In this document: one piece after another, positions 57,377-60,327 of the stretch
Position numbering within the stretch: position 1 is the first letter of the stretch
How the letters are laid out: each line of letters begins with the position of its first letter
From: Chloroflexota bacterium
GTDB taxonomy: Bacteria > Chloroflexota > Dehalococcoidia > Dehalococcoidales > UBA2162
Length of the DNA: 60,327 nt
Direction: 5' to 3'
Assembly: GCA_043797985.1 (NCBI GenBank)
Contig: JAZDPB010000174.1
Location: 1-60,327 of the forward strand
The notes under the pieces: model-generated
The model's input: the letters and a program-made list of their open reading frames with translations, nothing else
Told to the model about the DNA's origin: nothing
Database searches by the model: none
Program-made: the position numbers and the translations under genes

Positions 57377-58710
57377 GCATCTCCTCGGGCACTTCTACGG
57401 AAGTTACCAGGGAAGTTGATTTTGATGTTGGTAATGCTAATTGCGGTCGCCAGATTTCTTCAGGGAGAGATGCCAGGCCAAAATTATCATCAACCAGAGA
57501 CTGCTTGAAGCTGTCGACATTTATTCTGTCTTTCATGAGATTGTAGATAATGCCTGACTTCTCGATATCGCCACTAAAGACCAAGCCTGTTATCAGTCCG
57601 TCTTTTAAGACCATCTTCTTATAGAGATGGTCGTGTTTGGTGGTGATTACCTCGAAACTATCATCAGGTGGGATTGCCATGCCAGCCGAGACAATATTCA
57701 TCCCGAAATATTTCATGGAGTTTATTGCCGTTCCCCCCCCGATATTCAGCTGGAATGCCGGACATATTTAAACCTGCAATCCTTCCTCCCATGTAGGCGT
57801 TAGGCCATACTGGAGCAAGCCGATTCTCTCCATAGACGAAATCGTAAGCCTCAGCGGCATCACCACAGGCATAAACATCATTTATAGATGTAGCCATATG
57901 ACGGTCGACCACTATGCCGCGGTTCGTCCTTATCTGGGTGTCAGCTACAAGCTCAGTGCGTGGCTTGACGCCGATAGCTACAACCACCATCTCGCATGGT
58001 ATCGGTTGTCCATTATCCAGGTTGACACCAGTGGCTTCACCAGGCAAATAGCTGCCAATTTTCACCACCGTACGTCCGGTTATTATCTCAACGCCAGCCT
58101 GTGTCAGAGCCTTCTCCTCCAAAGCTGATGCTTCTTCATCGAGAATAGTATTCAGAATCCGTTCCTTCATCTCAACGATGGTAACCTCAACTCCTCGCTT
58201 CACCAACGCTTCAGTAACACTTATACCGATGAGGCCACCACCAATGACAATAGCCCTGACCTTTCTTCCGTAGTGGTTCAGGAGTTCGTCGATTGTCTTG
58301 GCATCGTCAAGCTTAGTAAAAGTGAAAACTCCTTCTAGCCCGATACCCTCTATTTTGGGAACGATGGGTGAGCCGCCGGTGGCAAACAGTAATTTCTGCC
58401 AGGTTAGCGTTCGCCCGCTATTCAGATTAATGCTACGGTTATTGAAGTTAACCTGCGCTACCTCTTCATTTAGGAGGACACGGATGTTGTTCTTATCATA
58501 GAAATCAGGCAAACGGAATAGCATCCTCTCCAGTGGGCACTTATTAGCTAGATACTCAGAGATAAGCGGTCTTGAGTAGGCAGGGTAAGGCTCATCGGAA
58601 ATTATGGTGATGGTCCCTGCCTTGTCTGTCTCACGGATAGCTTCAGCAGCGCCAATACCTCCGGCGGAATTCCCGATAATCAAATACTTTGTTTTCTCTG
58701 TCTTTGCCAT
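57363..58710 (-). CDS. FAD/NAD(P)-dependent pyridine nucleotide-disulfide-type oxidoreductase (FNOR/NADH-oxidase-like), frameshifted at a G8 run
   Basis: ORFs 57664..58710 and 57363..57716 are two halves of one protein. Removing one C from CCCCCCCC (57733-57740) gives ...IPAEYRGGTAINSMKYFGMNIV.... The motifs are IIGNSAGGIGAAEA and IGGGLIGISVTEA. Confidence 0.8.
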
Positions 58711-58729
58711 TTATTCCTACCTAATCCGG

Positions 58730-59356
58730 CTATACCCTCTTTTTTCCTTTTCCCAGGGCAAGTTTGATGAAATTATCATAAAGCTTAAGTCCAAGCTCAC
58801 CGCTCTTTTCCGGGTGAAACTGGGTGGCTATCAGATTGCCCCGGGTGAGGACACTGCATATCGGGATACCATATTCGGTTTCGCCAGCGACCAGCGACCT
58901 ATCATTAGGTTCTACGTAATAGCTGTGCACGAAGTAGAAGTTAGCTTCATCCGGTATGCCATCGAAAATCGGGTGAGAAATCTTCTGCCTCACCTGGTTC
59001 CAACCCATGTGTGGGACCTTTAACCCGACAGGAAGCCTGCGTACCGTTCCATGTATAATGTCCAGGCATTCATGACCACCGTCTTCTTCGGTGGTGGTAA
59101 ATAAAATTTGAAGTCCGAGGCAAACACCAAGGAAAGGTTTACCTTCGGCAATAAATTGCCGAATCGGGTTGACCAGTCCCAGCGTCTCCAGGTTAGTCAT
59201 GGTGTCAGCCGCTGCTCCAACCCCAGGGAGGATGACCCCTTGGGCAGTAAACATTTCGTGGGGGCTATTGGTTATCTTCGCCTTGTAGCCCAGTTTGCTT
59301 ATGGCGTTTACCACGCTACGCAAATTGCCAGCACCATAATCGATTATAGCAATCAT
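58730..59356 (-). CDS. hisH: imidazole glycerol phosphate synthase glutaminase subunit
   Basis: 208 aa. MIAIIDYGAGNLRSV, nucleophile GVCLGLQ, and HSYY / QFHPEKS motifs. Confidence 0.92.
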   Translation of the reverse strand: MIAIIDYGAGNLRSVVNAISKLGYKAKITNSPHEMFTAQGVILPGVGAAADTMTNLETLGLVNPIRQFIAEGKPFLGVCLGLQILFTTTEEDGGHECLDIIHGTVRRLPVGLKVPHMGWNQVRQKISHPIFDGIPDEANFYFVHSYYVEPNDRSLVAGETEYGIPICSVLTRGNLIATQFHPEKSGELGLKLYDNFIKLALGKGKKRV

Positions 59357-59387
59357 CCTGCTTTTCCCTTTGCTTGCTTATTGAGGT

Positions 59388-59762
59388 TCAATTCTTAACA
59401 GTAACTTCTACTATGTTCTCCCGGGCGATAGCCCTTCCCTTACCATCGTTTTCTTCTTCGATAAAGACATGCATTAATCCCATTATTTCATATTGACCGT
59501 TTTCCAGATTGGTTGTGTCCCACCTGACGGAGAAAGATTTGTGTTCGTCCTGTGATTCTCCGATTTGAATCCAGGTATCAGTATTCTTTTTCCGGTAATA
59601 CCAGGGGTTGTTTATCCTGACAACACGCCCGGTGAGGCCCAACTCTTCTAGCTCCTTGTATAGTCTAGCTTGGTCGTATTCTTCACGCAATAGCACATTC
59701 CCTGAATAGGTTTTGATAACACCGGTAGGAACGAGATAGTGAGGTCCCCAATCGTATGACAT
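59388..59762 (-). CDS. hypothetical protein
   Basis: 124-aa track ORF in operon context. The C-terminal half (FSVRWDTTNLENGQYEIMGLMHVF...VEVTVKN) looks like a small beta-sandwich. No family recognised. Confidence 0.45.
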   Translation of the reverse strand: MSYDWGPHYLVPTGVIKTYSGNVLLREEYDQARLYKELEELGLTGRVVRINNPWYYRKKNTDTWIQIGESQDEHKSFSVRWDTTNLENGQYEIMGLMHVFIEEENDGKGRAIARENIVEVTVKN

Positions 59763-59784
59763 GATACGCCTCCTTTAAATATAT

Positions 59785-60237
59785 TTAATTAACCGTCCTC
59801 TTGCAACTCGATACATACCAGCGCTTCGTTAGGGCAATTGGCAACACATGCCGGGATATTTTCCCCTCACATAGGTCACATTTAAATGCCTTCTTTTGTT
59901 CTTTATCCTGCCTTATTGCACCTAGAGGGCAAACCAACAAACATGTCCAGCAACCAATACATCGTTTCTCATCTACCTTGACCAAGGAACTCATCGGGTC
60001 ACGAGTAAGCGCACCGGTAAGGCAAGCCTGAACACACGGGGCTTCATCGCACTGTTGGCAGCGCACTGAGAAGGATACTGAGCCTCTTTCTTCCACGCGG
60101 AGTCGGGGTAAGATAGGTGGTGACTCGTGCTTGAAAGCCTTAATCAGGTCTTTCGATTGTGCATGTTGGAACCGGCAATACACCTCACAGAGATGACAGC
60201 CCATGCAAATGTCTTCTTTAACATAAATCCTTTTCAT
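59785..60237 (-). CDS. CooF/HycB-like multi-[4Fe-4S] ferredoxin, apparent frameshift near the 3' end
   Basis: 150-aa ORF with CMGCHLCEVYC, CQQCDEAPCVQAC, CIGCWTCLLVCP and KCDLCEG. After the run at about 59857-59866, the -1 frame reads IPACVANCPNEALVCIELQEDG (stop 59789-59791). That completes the fourth cluster motif, so a 1-nt indel is likely. Confidence 0.8.
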   Translation of the reverse strand: MKRIYVKEDICMGCHLCEVYCRFQHAQSKDLIKAFKHESPPILPRLRVEERGSVSFSVRCQQCDEAPCVQACLTGALTRDPMSSLVKVDEKRCIGCWTCLLVCPLGAIRQDKEQKKAFKCDLCEGKISRHVLPIALTKRWYVSSCKRTVN

Positions 60238-60258
60238 CTTTTCGATTCCCTTTGGTGG

Positions 60259-60313
60259 ACGGCAACCGATTGCCGTATGCCATCATGCTAGCATATCCTT
60301 CTCGGTTTGTCAA
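60259..60313 (-). promoter_or_regulatory. candidate promoter plus perfect palindrome at the head of the minus-strand nitrogen block
   Basis: Minus-sense TTGACA (60308-60313), 17-nt spacer, TAGCAT (60285-60290), then ACGGCAA-TCGG-TTGCCGT (60259-60276), 22 nt before the ferredoxin ATG. Confidence 0.35.
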
Positions 60314-60327
60314 TACCCCCTATAAAA

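Overview
This is a 60.3-kb chromosomal segment. I assign it to a Chloroflexota / Dehalococcoidia-like bacterium from the partial 16S rRNA gene at the left edge (minus strand, about 1-825). I can support about 60 protein genes, three tRNAs (Arg-TCG, His-GTG, Glu-CTC), a truncated extra copy of the tRNA-Arg 5' half, and about nine intergenic arrays of short GC-rich hairpin or MITE-like repeats.

Gene content from left to right:
- a 16S/tRNA neighbourhood with a repeat-rich coiled-coil ORF
- a large tandem-repeat surface protein
- tungsten-type aldehyde:ferredoxin oxidoreductase
- pgi-glgC
- a MoxR-DUF58-transglutaminase trio
- a PAS kinase / OmpR regulator pair
- folE, thrC, pyrE, lepB
- ribD-ribE-ribBA-ribH
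- a CoxD/CoxE-like AAA+/VWA pair
- a Fur-family gene followed by a metal ABC importer and a DUF166 gene
- an uninterrupted ~20-kb minus-strand block for nitrogen/glutamine metabolism: nadE, nrpR, carB, carA, glnA, PII, amt, an atypical OmpR-type regulator, a second nrpR, a split archaeal-type glutamate synthase interleaved with hisF/hisH, and an FAD-oxidoreductase plus ferredoxin pair.

The observations I rate highest:
1. A glutaredoxin-like gene, invisible in the ORF track, whose CxxC first Cys codon is TGA and which has a SECIS-like hairpin just downstream (candidate selenoprotein, 18159-18395).
2. A 5'-truncated RHS core tip with a Gly/Ala-rich membrane C-terminal domain. It is joined by an ATGA overlap to the metal-uptake operon and followed by an apparently AT-richer YcxB-like membrane protein (38776-40294).
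3. The nitrogen block combines two archaeal-type NrpR paralogues with an aspartate-less, GlnR-like orphan response regulator.
4. The split GOGAT is interleaved with hisH/hisF and sits beside a CooF/FNOR-like electron module.
5. A 41-nt copy of the tRNA-Arg 5' half brackets a 1.3-kb insert.

Three genes carry frameshifts at homopolymer runs, which suggests sequencing or assembly error and lowers confidence in any pseudogene or recoding interpretation. I saw no CRISPR array, integrase, transposase or recognisable defence system. All assignments rest on by-eye motif recognition; no searches were run.
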